Virus record (IMG/VR): IMGVR_UViG_3300037484_000435
Location: 352,001-416,000 of that record
Direction: 5' to 3' (one strand)
From: a virus
Lineage: Duplodnaviria > Caudoviricetes
DNA length: 64,000 nt
A model generated the notes under the pieces. It saw only the letters and a list, made by a program, of their open reading frames with translations. It ran no database searches and was not told the DNA's origin. Of the stretch, positions 37,517 through 46,968 are shown piece by piece. Numbering within the stretch: the stretch's first letter is position 1; each line of letters starts with the position of its first letter. A program made the position numbers and the translations under genes.

Positions 37517-38386
37517 ATGAAGAAAACATTGATGATAGGCATTAACGCCTATCCAGATTCACCACTTAACGGGTGTTTGTCGGACATCAGATTGATGTAC
37601 AAAGTATTAAAGGACATTTACGGCTATACAGACTTCCGAGTATTAGATGATCAGAAAGCCACAAAGAAAAACATACTTAAAGGTATGCAGTGGCTATGCA
37701 CGGGAGTCAAGAAAGGGGATGAACTGGTTGTAGATTACTCTGGCCATGGAACCCAATTGGCTTGCACAACTAAAACCGCTGGATTTGAAATAGATAATCT
37801 AGATGAATGCCTAGTGCCTTACGATATGGACTGGGAGGATCCTTTGCGGGACGATGATCTAAATCAATTTATAACAAATACGCCTAAAGGTGTTAAAATA
37901 TTATTTATTGCTGACTGTTGCTTCTCGGGAACTCTACTAAGAAATGGAATACTGCCACCTAAAGTAAAAAATCGTTATATGGCCCCACCATTGTACTCTA
38001 TTCTTACTGGGGAAATAAACCTAGATGAAGACCTGTGTATGATCTCATCCTCACGGAAGACGCGTGGTGATAAAACAGATGACAATAAAAGTATTCAAAA
38101 GTTACCATTTATTATACAGAGTACTGATCAGGGTGACGCGATACTTATATCTGGGTGCTCTGACAAACAGACCAGTGCTGACGCCTATATTAACGGGAGG
38201 TATCACGGGGCCTTGACCTTTTACTTAGCACAAACGCTGAAGGAAGCGAATTGGAATATATCTTACACCGACTTGGTCGTTAAAGTAAATGAGAAATTGG
38301 ATAGGGAACAATATGATCAGGATCCCCAGTGTGAGGGGCGTGCAGAATTTCTTGATAAACCTTTCCTTGGAGGAGTAAAAAAGTGA
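37517..38386 (+). CDS. Caspase-like protease (metacaspase, peptidase C14)
   Basis: GINAY...LNGC..D, DYSGHG catalytic His, ADCCFSG catalytic Cys, SGC...QTSAD, HGALT. Confidence 0.9.
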   Translation: MKKTLMIGINAYPDSPLNGCLSDIRLMYKVLKDIYGYTDFRVLDDQKATKKNILKGMQWLCTGVKKGDELVVDYSGHGTQLACTTKTAGFEIDNLDECLVPYDMDWEDPLRDDDLNQFITNTPKGVKILFIADCCFSGTLLRNGILPPKVKNRYMAPPLYSILTGEINLDEDLCMISSSRKTRGDKTDDNKSIQKLPFIIQSTDQGDAILISGCSDKQTSADAYINGRYHGALTFYLAQTLKEANWNISYTDLVVKVNEKLDREQYDQDPQCEGRAEFLDKPFLGGVKK

Positions 38387-38541
38387 CAGCCAATTATATA
38401 ATTTATGACCTGAAGGCCATAGCCGAGCAAGTTAGCAAACTCTTACCTGATTACACAGCAAAAGAATTAATGAGTTGGTCTATACCAGACATTATATGTT
38501 ACATGAGAGAATCTGGATATATAGTATATGGAGTAAACTAA
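38383..38541 (+). CDS. 52-aa hypothetical protein
   Basis: GTG start after GGAGGAG; stop abuts the next ATG. Confidence 0.5.
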   Translation: MTANYIIYDLKAIAEQVSKLLPDYTAKELMSWSIPDIICYMRESGYIVYGVN

Positions 38542-39480
38542 ATGGGGAGCAATAAAAATACATGGTCTTCTGAAGAAGATTTGATCCTTAAACAGTATTA
38601 CAAGGAATTAGAGTATAAAAAAATAGGAGAGTTATTGGGGAGAACCACCTCTTCTATAAAAGCACGATCTTTAAAACTTGGAATAACAAAAGGACGCTAC
38701 CAGACTGGTATTGAACAAAAAGAATTAGAAGAGTTGTATAAAAACCATACTCAACAAGAAATATCTGATAAATTGGGGAAAACATTACACTCTATTGTTT
38801 ATTGTCTTGGTAAGTGGGGAATAGAAAAAAAGAACTTTGTAAAACCCCATTCATATTCTGTTGATCAAAACTTTTTTACTCCTTTAACAGAGGTAAGTTG
38901 TGCTTTCGCAGGTCTAATAGCGTCCGATGGGACAATAGAAAAAAATAGACGTAGGTTATCTGTCATACTACATGCCCGAGATAGGAAGTTTCTTGAAGAA
39001 TGGGCATATGAAATCAGATATACTGGTCCTATAAGACAGTATACTCAATTTTCTAGATTTTCTCCACCAGATGGCACCCCTATGGTAGCACTAACCTTGA
39101 ATAATGTGCCAGAGTATGTTTCATGTCTGGAGACGACTTTTAATGTTACTCGTAATAAGACAAAATTGTTACTTCCTCCGCATCTTACGGAACAAAACCT
39201 TATTAAAGCATATTTAATCGGACTGATAGATGGTGATGGGCACATTAGTAAACATAACAAATCACTACGCCTTGGTTTTTGTGGAACCCTAGCCATGTGT
39301 GAGTGGTTTAAGAAACAAGTATCTCAAATTTATGGGATACATAATGAACATCGATATCTAATAAACAGAGGAAACTGCTGGTCCTACGAAATAAACGGCC
39401 CTAATGCACGAAGCATCTTGCTTGATTTAAAACAAAGTAAAGTCCCCAAGTTGGAAAGAAAATGGTCAAAAGTAATATAA
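38542..39480 (+). CDS. LAGLIDADG homing endonuclease with N-terminal Myb-like repeats
   Basis: FAGLIASDG and [10 protein letters not shown]; [10 protein letters not shown] repeat. Confidence 0.9.
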   Translation: MGSNKNTWSSEEDLILKQYYKELEYKKIGELLGRTTSSIKARSLKLGITKGRYQTGIEQKELEELYKNHTQQEISDKLGKTLHSIVYCLGKWGIEKKNFVKPHSYSVDQNFFTPLTEVSCAFAGLIASDGTIEKNRRRLSVILHARDRKFLEEWAYEIRYTGPIRQYTQFSRFSPPDGTPMVALTLNNVPEYVSCLETTFNVTRNKTKLLLPPHLTEQNLIKAYLIGLIDGDGHISKHNKSLRLGFCGTLAMCEWFKKQVSQIYGIHNEHRYLINRGNCWSYEINGPNARSILLDLKQSKVPKLERKWSKVI

Positions 39481-39977
39481 TACTATATCCAGATGAGAGG
39501 TTATCAACAACATGCAATACTACCTTAATCGAGGAAGCAGACGATGTCATTGTCCTTCTAGAAGAGACACTTTCTGGAGGGAATGGCGAGTATTTAGGTT
39601 ATGGCTTAGCCAGCAATCAGATAGGTATTCCGAAACGTGTCTGTATAGTCAGGTACAAGGGTGCGAAAATGGACCTAGTGAATCCTGTGATTCGTATCCC
39701 CACCGAACTTACATCATGTAAGGTAGAGACAGAGATAGAAGGGTGTCTGTCGTTTCCTGGAAAAGAAATAGCTGTGCCACGGTATAACCAAATTATTCTG
39801 CGGGCGGACAATTTTGGGGGAGAAATTCATCTTAGTGGCCTATGGGCACGCATTGTTCAACATGAGGTAGACCACCTAGACGCGAGAGGTATATGGGATA
39901 CCATTATAATTGGTCGCAACGACCCCTGTCCTTGTGGGTCAAGTAGAAAATATAAAAAATGCTGCGGAGCAAAGTAA
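39462..39977 (+). CDS. def: Peptide deformylase with C-terminal SEC-C motif
   Basis: [20 protein letters not shown]; tail [19 protein letters not shown]. Confidence 0.92.
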   Translation: MVKSNIILYPDERLSTTCNTTLIEEADDVIVLLEETLSGGNGEYLGYGLASNQIGIPKRVCIVRYKGAKMDLVNPVIRIPTELTSCKVETEIEGCLSFPGKEIAVPRYNQIILRADNFGGEIHLSGLWARIVQHEVDHLDARGIWDTIIIGRNDPCPCGSSRKYKKCCGAK

Positions 39978-40189
39978 TGACATTCCTAGAATACTTAGAT
40001 GATTTGGTCGATAAAGCACAAGCTAATGTAAATGATTATGAACACTTTCATGACAAACGTTTGGCTGATATACGTAATATGGACGCTACAGATTCTTTTT
40101 TGTATGGAGTTGCTTCTGGAAAATTAGAGGCAACCAAGAATTTGAGGGATTTGGTGGAAGAATTGATGATTAGATTTGAGGGACCATGA
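39977..40189 (+). CDS. Hypothetical protein
   Basis: TAATG coupling to def. Confidence 0.55.
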   Translation: MTFLEYLDDLVDKAQANVNDYEHFHDKRLADIRNMDATDSFLYGVASGKLEATKNLRDLVEELMIRFEGP

Positions 40190-40410
40190 ACAGTGGTCTG
40201 GCGGGAAAAATAGATTTTTGTATGTCGTGTAAACGTTTAGTGGATTACGCCCTAACAACAATACACAGACATCAACTATATATACAAATAAATGAGGAGG
40301 TTGAGGCACCTAATAATAGAGTCGCAATTCCTGTGTGTGAAAACTGTCAAGCAATGTTGAGGGAACACCTACCGGGGATAGATGGCTTTATAGTCGAAAT
40401 TCCACAATAA
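40186..40410 (+). CDS. Small zinc-finger protein
   Basis: CMSC...CENC. Confidence 0.55.
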   Translation: MNSGLAGKIDFCMSCKRLVDYALTTIHRHQLYIQINEEVEAPNNRVAIPVCENCQAMLREHLPGIDGFIVEIPQ

Positions 40411-40424
40411 TAAGGAGTCTTCCC

Positions 40425-40904
40425 ATGGAACAAATGAATTTTTCTATTTCCACATTGAACGGTGTTATTGCCCAGAAGTTGAAATCGTTGGCTTCTGTTA
40501 CTTCGGCAAAAGATATTAAAGAGATTAACAGTTTTTTAAGAGAATCTCAAAGATTAAGGAAGACTCTTTATTCCATAGGTGATTTCACCGAGGAAGAGGA
40601 ATACGAAAGTAATGAAGGGTCCTATGTAGAAGAGACCGAAGACCTAGACTATATGGGGATTTTAATACAGATATGCGAATATGTCAAAAATTTTCATGCC
40701 GTAGTTGATTTTAAAAAGGTAAAGGAAACCAAGTCTCAGTGGCTTTTGGATGAATCCGCGGAGCTCTTATCCGAGCTACGTAAGATGTTCGGTAGCCGAA
40801 TACCAGTAATTCCAGGTTCCATTGAGGGAAGGCAAGAAGATGTTGTTTGTGCAAATGACGAAGGCGATGAAACAAAAGAAAAACAACCAAAGAAACGCAA
40901 ATAA
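40425..40904 (+). CDS. Hypothetical acidic protein
   Basis: AGGAG SD; ORF track. Confidence 0.6.
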   Translation: MEQMNFSISTLNGVIAQKLKSLASVTSAKDIKEINSFLRESQRLRKTLYSIGDFTEEEEYESNEGSYVEETEDLDYMGILIQICEYVKNFHAVVDFKKVKETKSQWLLDESAELLSELRKMFGSRIPVIPGSIEGRQEDVVCANDEGDETKEKQPKKRK

Positions 40905-40927
40905 TATTGTAAACGGAGGTACACATA

Positions 40928-41470
40928 ATGTGCTGTGAAGACGAAAAAAAGGTATCAGAGGACGTGAGAGTGATTCACGATGAATTAGAAAAAGCAGATA
41001 CATGGATTTTTGCTGCTCAGGAAATTCTCCGACCAGAAAATGAGGAGTTTGACCCCGACCCTAAAGATATAGGTAATATCGAAGTGGCTCTGACCTTTGC
41101 TATTGCTAACATAAAAGAGGCAATAACCCTGTGCCAGATTTACCGAGGCAGTAGAGAAGAACCAGTTAAAGAAGACCACAAAGAAAATGTCTATGAGACT
41201 TTAGGAGGTTTTTTGGAGCCTAAATTGCCTCCTTTCAAACAGAAAATAATTGATAAATTTACTAAAGTAAATACTGATACCGGGACAATATACTACCCTA
41301 CAGACGCCGAAGGGAAGCCCGTTGATTTTAGCTTTAGTGAGGTGAGACTTCGGGAGGCTAAGCAAGCACTTTCCGATCTGGAAAATAAAATGGAATTTTT
41401 AAAAGCCAATAGAAATATTGAGCACATTAAATTGACACCAGAAGAACTTAAACTTTATAAGGACCGATAA
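40928..41470 (+). CDS. Hypothetical protein
   Basis: GGAGG SD; ORF track. Confidence 0.6.
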   Translation: MCCEDEKKVSEDVRVIHDELEKADTWIFAAQEILRPENEEFDPDPKDIGNIEVALTFAIANIKEAITLCQIYRGSREEPVKEDHKENVYETLGGFLEPKLPPFKQKIIDKFTKVNTDTGTIYYPTDAEGKPVDFSFSEVRLREAKQALSDLENKMEFLKANRNIEHIKLTPEELKLYKDR

Positions 41471-41656
41471 ATGGAGCAGCTATTAATGATTGACAGATGT
41501 AAATTCTGTGCCTCTCCCATTTATTGGGATGATGAGCAATCTCGCAGACGCTACACCTGTTCATGCTCAGAAAAGAACTCCAATTGTTGTTCTGACGGGG
41601 TATGTGAAGGGACATGCTTTAGCGAAGACGAAGATGGTGGAGACGTAGGTTGTTAA
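41471..41656 (+). CDS. Small Cys-rich protein
   Basis: CKFC...CSC...CC...C...C. Confidence 0.5.
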   Translation: MEQLLMIDRCKFCASPIYWDDEQSRRRYTCSCSEKNSNCCSDGVCEGTCFSEDEDGGDVGC

Positions 41657-41844
41657 AAAAAGTTATAAATATCGATAAGGCGGAGACGCATAGCTCCACC
41701 TTTAATTCTTTCAAATGTCAAAAATGTGGGGGATTTTTTAAGCCATTTAATCACTACTGCGAAGATTGTGGAACAGAAAGACCCTATACCTATTCTAATA
41801 AACTAACTCTTAGTCCATATAAAGGAATACATAATGAATCATAA
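41650..41844 (+). CDS. Small zinc-ribbon protein
   Basis: CQKCG...CEDCG. Confidence 0.55.
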   Translation: MLKKVINIDKAETHSSTFNSFKCQKCGGFFKPFNHYCEDCGTERPYTYSNKLTLSPYKGIHNES

Positions 41845-42040
41845 CGACCGAGTAATGAGATTATCTAAAGGAATAGACCAAGTATACGCAAATTTGTATA
41901 TGTGGCCACACTTAACTAGGTCCCAGCAAGACAAATTGGAAGCTCTTTACAATGATTTAACTTTCCAGTTTGTTAGAGCAAAGCGTTTAAAGCGTGAAGA
42001 GATAGAAAAGGAATTCAGCAAGGCCCGCGAAGCTCATTAG
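41834..42040 (+). CDS. Hypothetical protein; 3' end overlaps the tRNA
   Basis: ORF track. Confidence 0.5.
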   Translation: MNHNDRVMRLSKGIDQVYANLYMWPHLTRSQQDKLEALYNDLTFQFVRAKRLKREEIEKEFSKAREAH

Positions 42041-42100
42041 GATTGTAGCATCGGTATGGTAAATCGAAGGTAGGCGGTTCGAATCCGCCCACGGGCTCCA
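42023..42100 (+). tRNA. tRNA-Thr(GGU), atypical or degenerate
   Basis: GCCCGCG/CACGGGC acceptor (C6:A67 mismatch), anticodon arm TCGGT-ATGGTAA-ATCGA, T arm GGCGG-TTCGAAT-CCGCC, encoded CCA. Confidence 0.75.
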
Positions 42101-42118
42101 TCATCTAAGGGATAATAA

Positions 42119-43279
42119 ATGGAAAAATTAATAGACGACCTTCTTCATGAAGGCTTTGATTGGAACAGGACATATAACGATGCACCGGAAGGAATTTTCT
42201 TACTGAATGTTGACCATAATATAGTGATGGTTAATCAGACCATGCTGGATATGTTGGGTCTAAATTCTTATGAAGAAATTAAAGGTAAGAAATGCCACGA
42301 AGTTCTCCACGGGACATCTGTACCGCCAGAAATTTGTGTACACACGAAAGTGCTACATAGTAATCATGTTGAAGCTGTTGAAATAATACGGGGACAACGG
42401 GTTTATCATGTTGTAGAAACCCCACTATTCAGTAAAATAGGACATATTGTGGGGTATATACATTCCGCTTACGATATCACAGAACAAAAAGAAGCTGAAC
42501 GTTTGATGAAAGAGGCTCGCGATAAATTTGAAACTATTTTTACCCAATTTCCAATAGGTATTATCGTTACCAATCTGGACAACAGTAATATATTAGACGC
42601 AAATAATTATTTTTGTGAAATGTTAAATTACTCAAAAACTGAAATAACCAATCTGAATATTTATGATATTACTCATCCAGATGATATCAAATTAACTCGG
42701 GAACATTTGTCTAAAGCAGCGAAGGATGGAGCTAGTTATAAGATAACCAAAAGATATATTACTAAGTTTGGACAAATCCGTTGGGTATACATGGCGGTTG
42801 CTCCCGTTAAAGATGAAAAAGGGAATATCAAATACGCGTTCTCAATGATTGAAGATATTACAGATAAGGTATTTAGCCAACGAGAGATTGATAGACAGAA
42901 AGATTTATTGAAATCTTATGTCGATTTAGTTAGAGTAATTATTGTGGCGTTAGATATACATGGTCGTATCACTATGATAAACAAAAGAGGTAGAGAATTA
43001 CTAGGCAAAAAAGAAAATGACCTTATAGGAAAAAATTGGTTTATGAATTATGTCCCTGAACGAGAACGCACTAGGGTTTCAGAAATTTTTCAACAATTAA
43101 TACAAGGAGAGATTTCTCTGAATGGAGACCCACCAAACTACTTTACCAACACTATAAAAATAAAGGACGGGAAAGAGTGTTTAGTATTGTGGCACAATAC
43201 CCTTTTGCGTGATGCGGAAGGAAATATCTGCGGAGTTCTATCAGCAGGAGAGGATGTGGTAGACATCAATAAAGAATAA
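42119..43279 (+). CDS. Triple-PAS-domain protein with no output domain
   Basis: Three PAS/PAC repeats (NQTMLDMLG, NNYFCEMLNYSKTEI...ITHPDD, NKRGRELLG) each ending in a D(I/V)T-type PAC motif. Confidence 0.85.
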   Translation: MEKLIDDLLHEGFDWNRTYNDAPEGIFLLNVDHNIVMVNQTMLDMLGLNSYEEIKGKKCHEVLHGTSVPPEICVHTKVLHSNHVEAVEIIRGQRVYHVVETPLFSKIGHIVGYIHSAYDITEQKEAERLMKEARDKFETIFTQFPIGIIVTNLDNSNILDANNYFCEMLNYSKTEITNLNIYDITHPDDIKLTREHLSKAAKDGASYKITKRYITKFGQIRWVYMAVAPVKDEKGNIKYAFSMIEDITDKVFSQREIDRQKDLLKSYVDLVRVIIVALDIHGRITMINKRGRELLGKKENDLIGKNWFMNYVPERERTRVSEIFQQLIQGEISLNGDPPNYFTNTIKIKDGKECLVLWHNTLLRDAEGNICGVLSAGEDVVDINKE

Positions 43280-43566
43280 TGGAAGTTATTTGCGAAATTT
43301 GTAAGACTGACCCCGCCGTTGAAAAACATCATGTCCGACCCAAAAGTAAGGGAGGAACAAAAGGAGAAGTTGTCTGGTGTTGCAGTGATTGTGGTGGACA
43401 ATTCCACACACTATTCACCAATAATGATTTAGCCGATAAGAGTTTAGAGCAAATATTGGAAGATGATAAGATGAAAGACTATATATCTTGGAAAAAGAAA
43501 CATCCAGGACCCCACCGACACCGGATGTCAACCACTGTTAAACAATGGAAACGAGGGCATCGATAA
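43279..43566 (+). CDS. Small HNH-family protein
   Basis: CEIC...EKHHVRPKSKGG...CCSDCGGQFH. Confidence 0.75.
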   Translation: MEVICEICKTDPAVEKHHVRPKSKGGTKGEVVWCCSDCGGQFHTLFTNNDLADKSLEQILEDDKMKDYISWKKKHPGPHRHRMSTTVKQWKRGHR

Positions 43567-43578
43567 AGGAAGGAAAAA

Positions 43579-43899
43579 ATGGCTGAACGACTTGTCGTAG
43601 ATTGCGACAAATGCGGTAAGGAAACACAAACCCATATTAAAATCAACATACCCAATGGAAGTAAACGTACAGGGCCTAGCGGTTACCCAGATACCGATTA
43701 TTTGTATGAAGACCGAGACCTCTGTCCTACATGTGCAGCCAACTTGTTGAAATTTATGTTGGGGCATAGAAAATTTAGGAGTACAGAATTAGGAAGAACA
43801 GTAACAGAATTTAAGTATGACAAGGTGCACCCAGAAGGTAACCAGGAAACTGACGCAATCCTGCTGGCAAGGAAATATTTTGGAATAAAGGAACCTTAA
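43579..43899 (+). CDS. Hypothetical zinc-binding protein
   Basis: CDKCG...DLCPTC. Confidence 0.55.
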   Translation: MAERLVVDCDKCGKETQTHIKINIPNGSKRTGPSGYPDTDYLYEDRDLCPTCAANLLKFMLGHRKFRSTELGRTVTEFKYDKVHPEGNQETDAILLARKYFGIKEP

Positions 43900-43919
43900 G
43901 GAGAAAAAAGGATAAGACA

Positions 43920-44987
43920 ATGGAAAGATTTAAGATGTTAAATAATTTTGAGAAGGCTGCGGAGTCGTTTGACAAAATCAATGACTTGTTGGTATCAGAG
44001 CCTTTGAGTGACTACATTAATAAATGTGTAAAAGAAGATTCTCTATTTAGAACAATATGTAGCGTAGATCTCGACCCCGAATTAGACCGTGAGGGGTCTA
44101 ACGCTCTTTATGAGCTACCTATAAATGAAGTATCAATTTGGACATTACCTGGACTAGGCTACGTGGCCAAAGACTCAATAGAACTTGGAGAGGAAGCCCC
44201 AATTCCACTATTCTCTATATCGGCAGCCCGAGATTGGCCTTATAAGTATATGACCTCTGGTAGGGAAGACATTATACTTCGAGCCGGAAAATCGGTTGCC
44301 AAAATGATAACAGATTATGAGGACGAGGCGGGATTTAGGACAATTATACCTAGTGTTACCACAAGTTTTGGAGGAGCAGGGGTATTAACACCACGTCCAG
44401 CACATTTATATGAGATGCCAGCAGGTGATCCGGCAGCGGGGTATTTCTCTAAAGAGCTTATCAATCGAATGATTGTCGGGGCAGCACGGTCTGGGCAAAC
44501 TTTAAAAACATTATGGATATCCCCAGAAGATATGGCTGATATGCGTGAGTATACTGATCGAGATGTTGACCCAGTAACACGCCGAGAAATATTTCAGGCA
44601 GCTGGACTGGGCAAAGTATGGGGTATCACTTTTAGGGTTGTACCTCAACTCGGCGTCCGAGGTAAATTTAATATAGATGGCCACACCTCGAAAGGACTTA
44701 TAACCTGTAACGAAATAGGTAGGTATAATGATTACGCCGTCACCCACCCAAATATAAGAGACGAAAATGAAAACCTTCAGGTTGCTGGAGAGTCCCAGAT
44801 TTATGCGTTTTCTGCGGATATAGAGAAAATTTTTGTGATGCCTGTAGCAGAAAAATATACTGCTAGGTGGGATTATGCCTTAACCCGCCGACAACGGGCT
44901 GGATTCTATGGTTGGCAACGCATGGGTATGGGCCTGTTGGAACGAAACCATATTTATATGGGAATTATTGACAGGTATACACCATAA
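43920..44987 (+). CDS. Major-capsid-protein-like (HK97-fold) paralog 1, outside the head operon
   Basis: LPGLGYV, F.I.AA.DW..KY...R.DI, YEDEAG, ISPEDMADMREY, WD..L.RR...GFYGWQ.MGMG...MGIIDR; clear paralog of 61049..62125. Confidence 0.7.
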   Translation: MERFKMLNNFEKAAESFDKINDLLVSEPLSDYINKCVKEDSLFRTICSVDLDPELDREGSNALYELPINEVSIWTLPGLGYVAKDSIELGEEAPIPLFSISAARDWPYKYMTSGREDIILRAGKSVAKMITDYEDEAGFRTIIPSVTTSFGGAGVLTPRPAHLYEMPAGDPAAGYFSKELINRMIVGAARSGQTLKTLWISPEDMADMREYTDRDVDPVTRREIFQAAGLGKVWGITFRVVPQLGVRGKFNIDGHTSKGLITCNEIGRYNDYAVTHPNIRDENENLQVAGESQIYAFSADIEKIFVMPVAEKYTARWDYALTRRQRAGFYGWQRMGMGLLERNHIYMGIIDRYTP

Positions 44988-45000
44988 TAAGGAAAAAAAC

Positions 45001-45177
45001 ATGGCTTATTTAACGGAAGTAGTTTTACAGATAACTATTATTATGACTTTCCTTTGTATGTTTTGCAAAGGATTCTTGTATTACCGGTATCCAAGAATCT
45101 GTACACTTCTAACATTAAGTATTATTTATGGCTGTCTGCCTGCGTTACTGGCCGTCGCAATACTAGGAGCACTTTAG
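45001..45177 (+). CDS. Small two-TM membrane protein
   Basis: MAYLTEVVLQITIIMTFLCMFC...; AAGGA SD. Confidence 0.55.
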   Translation: MAYLTEVVLQITIIMTFLCMFCKGFLYYRYPRICTLLTLSIIYGCLPALLAVAILGAL

Positions 45178-45207
45178 AGATTGATTTGTGTACTAGTTAT
45201 AGTATAG
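45175..45207 (+). promoter_or_regulatory. Conserved-spacer promoter motif, copy D
   Basis: TAGAGA-TTGA-TTTGTGTACTA-GT-TATAGT upstream of 45271. Confidence 0.65.
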
Positions 45208-45270
45208 AACAACTAATTCAGGGGGAGCAAAGCCCCCTCGAATTATACATATTAAAAAAAGGAAAAAGAA

Positions 45271-45495
45271 ATGAGTATCCTACTGTATCTTGATGAGAGT
45301 GAACTTTCACTTATATTCAAATCCCTGCGATATCTAAGCAACTATGAGGCATCAGAAGAATTATTAAGTCTCAGGTTGAAGTTAGGTTTATTACATGGGG
45401 ATTTAGATCAGGAGGATTACGATGGACCAACAGTCAATTCAAATGATGCAGATGGTGATATCTCAACTGAACAATTTGAAGATGATGGTGACTAA
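45271..45495 (+). CDS. Hypothetical protein with acidic tail
   Basis: ORF track. Confidence 0.55.
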   Translation: MSILLYLDESELSLIFKSLRYLSNYEASEELLSLRLKLGLLHGDLDQEDYDGPTVNSNDADGDISTEQFEDDGD

Positions 45496-45643
45496 TCAGG
45501 TAGGACAATTGGTGCAAATGTTAGAACAACAAATATCGATTGTGACACCACCCAGTCTACCAACACCTACACCGCAACCGCCCACAACGGGGCCACAACC
45601 ACCTTCAGGCATCCCACCGGGCACGCCGCCGTCAGGTATATGA
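45485..45643 (+). CDS. Small proline-rich protein
   Basis: MVTNQVGQLVQMLEQQISIVTPPSLPTPTPQPPTTGPQPPSGIPPGTPPSGI. Confidence 0.45.
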   Translation: MVTNQVGQLVQMLEQQISIVTPPSLPTPTPQPPTTGPQPPSGIPPGTPPSGI

Positions 45644-45683
45644 CCGACGACGGGACAGCCCTTCTGGAGGAAGGGAGAGCACA

Positions 45684-45866
45684 ATGTTTTTTCGGACGGC
45701 AAGAGAATGCTTGTCTGACCTGTTATTTATTGTGAGCATAGTGGTACTAATTGAGGTATGCCTCTGGGCTATCACATTAGTACCATTTTTGCAATCAGGA
45801 ATAATAGCAATGTTCATAGGACAGGCATATCTTATGGGTTATAAGGACGGGCAATTATATGAGTAG
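45684..45866 (+). CDS. Small two-TM membrane protein
   Basis: Hydrophobic; GGAGG upstream. Confidence 0.5.
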   Translation: MFFRTARECLSDLLFIVSIVVLIEVCLWAITLVPFLQSGIIAMFIGQAYLMGYKDGQLYE

Positions 45867-46056
45867 TTCTGAACCTAAAAGACAGTGCCCGTTTCAAATA
45901 AATTATCGTTGCACCATAAAGTGTGAATGGTTTGACACAAAAAACGACCACTGTCTTATGTGGTCCTTCCATAATAAAGTGGCCGAGTTTGTTACCATCA
46001 TTCAGGATTACATTTCCACACAGATGAAGATCCGAGCAGGACGAGACTCAGAGTAG
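45859..46056 (+). CDS. Small Cys-rich protein
   Basis: CPF...C...C.W....C. Confidence 0.55.
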   Translation: MSSSEPKRQCPFQINYRCTIKCEWFDTKNDHCLMWSFHNKVAEFVTIIQDYISTQMKIRAGRDSE

Positions 46057-46071
46057 TCCTCGCGGGGGTTA

Positions 46072-46692
46072 TTGGTGAAAAAAACTATTTGTATAGTTTT
46101 GACTCTATTGCTATTAGTGTCGTGTGCCCACGCACCAAAAAAGGTTGAAGCAGACAAAACTATTAAACCAAAACAAGTTATCACAAAACAACCCCCGCCC
46201 AAGAAAAAACAAAATTTAGAACTTTTATTCCCTGTTAGAGGTGCCTATATAAGTTCGGAATTCGGGGGTAGAAAGGGCACTTATCACCGAGGAGTTGATT
46301 TGGCCGCTGCTATTGGGACCCCAATAAGAGCTTGTGCAAGCGGAAAAGTAATTGCTTCTGGGAGATATAAGTTTCTTACTGGGTATGGAAATGCCATACT
46401 CCTGAGTCATGGAGATAGGGTTTTCACCTATTATGCCCATCTGCACACTTTGAAAGTAAGCAAGGGTAATATGGTGAACCGAGGAGAAGTAATAGGGACA
46501 GTAGGAAATACTGGAAAAAGCAATGGCCCACATTTACACTTGGAACTCATAATACATGACAAAAACCACAACCCAGTTCCTTACTTCTTCATCGATAACT
46601 CCATAACAACTTCGGCCATGCTGTGGTTAAAGGGAGTAAAAAAATCAGTAGCGACTGGTTTGGGATTAAAGAGGTTAATAGGAGACTGGTAA
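46072..46692 (+). CDS. M23-family peptidoglycan endopeptidase lipoprotein
   Basis: Lipobox LLLVSC; HRGVD, YAHL and GPHLHLE zinc motifs. Confidence 0.9.
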   Translation: MVKKTICIVLTLLLLVSCAHAPKKVEADKTIKPKQVITKQPPPKKKQNLELLFPVRGAYISSEFGGRKGTYHRGVDLAAAIGTPIRACASGKVIASGRYKFLTGYGNAILLSHGDRVFTYYAHLHTLKVSKGNMVNRGEVIGTVGNTGKSNGPHLHLELIIHDKNHNPVPYFFIDNSITTSAMLWLKGVKKSVATGLGLKRLIGDW

Positions 46693-46934
46693 TGTGTGAT
46701 TTATTTAAAGATGGATACTGTGGGAATACACTTACTGAAAAACAATTAGAGGAGCTAGTCCTGTATACTGATGGTGACGGTCCTCAAATCTGTGTGCGTA
46801 ATGACGAAGAAACAAACAAAGAACTCAAACGGATACACGAGGAAAGCGTTAAAAAATATGGCACCTGTATAGCAGACCACACGAGTGTAGAAGATGTGGT
46901 TATTGTAGAGGAAGATGACGGGTATTGTGATTAA
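46692..46934 (+). CDS. Hypothetical acidic Cys-containing protein
   Basis: TAATG coupling; MCDLFKDGYCG... Confidence 0.5.
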   Translation: MCDLFKDGYCGNTLTEKQLEELVLYTDGDGPQICVRNDEETNKELKRIHEESVKKYGTCIADHTSVEDVVIVEEDDGYCD

Positions 46935-46957
46935 GGAGCGGGCATGATACCCGCTCC
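46935..46957. terminator. Likely bidirectional terminator between convergent genes
   Basis: GGAGCGGG-catgata-CCCGCTCC perfect 8-bp stem. Confidence 0.65.
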
Positions 46958-46968
46958 ATGGAAAGAGG

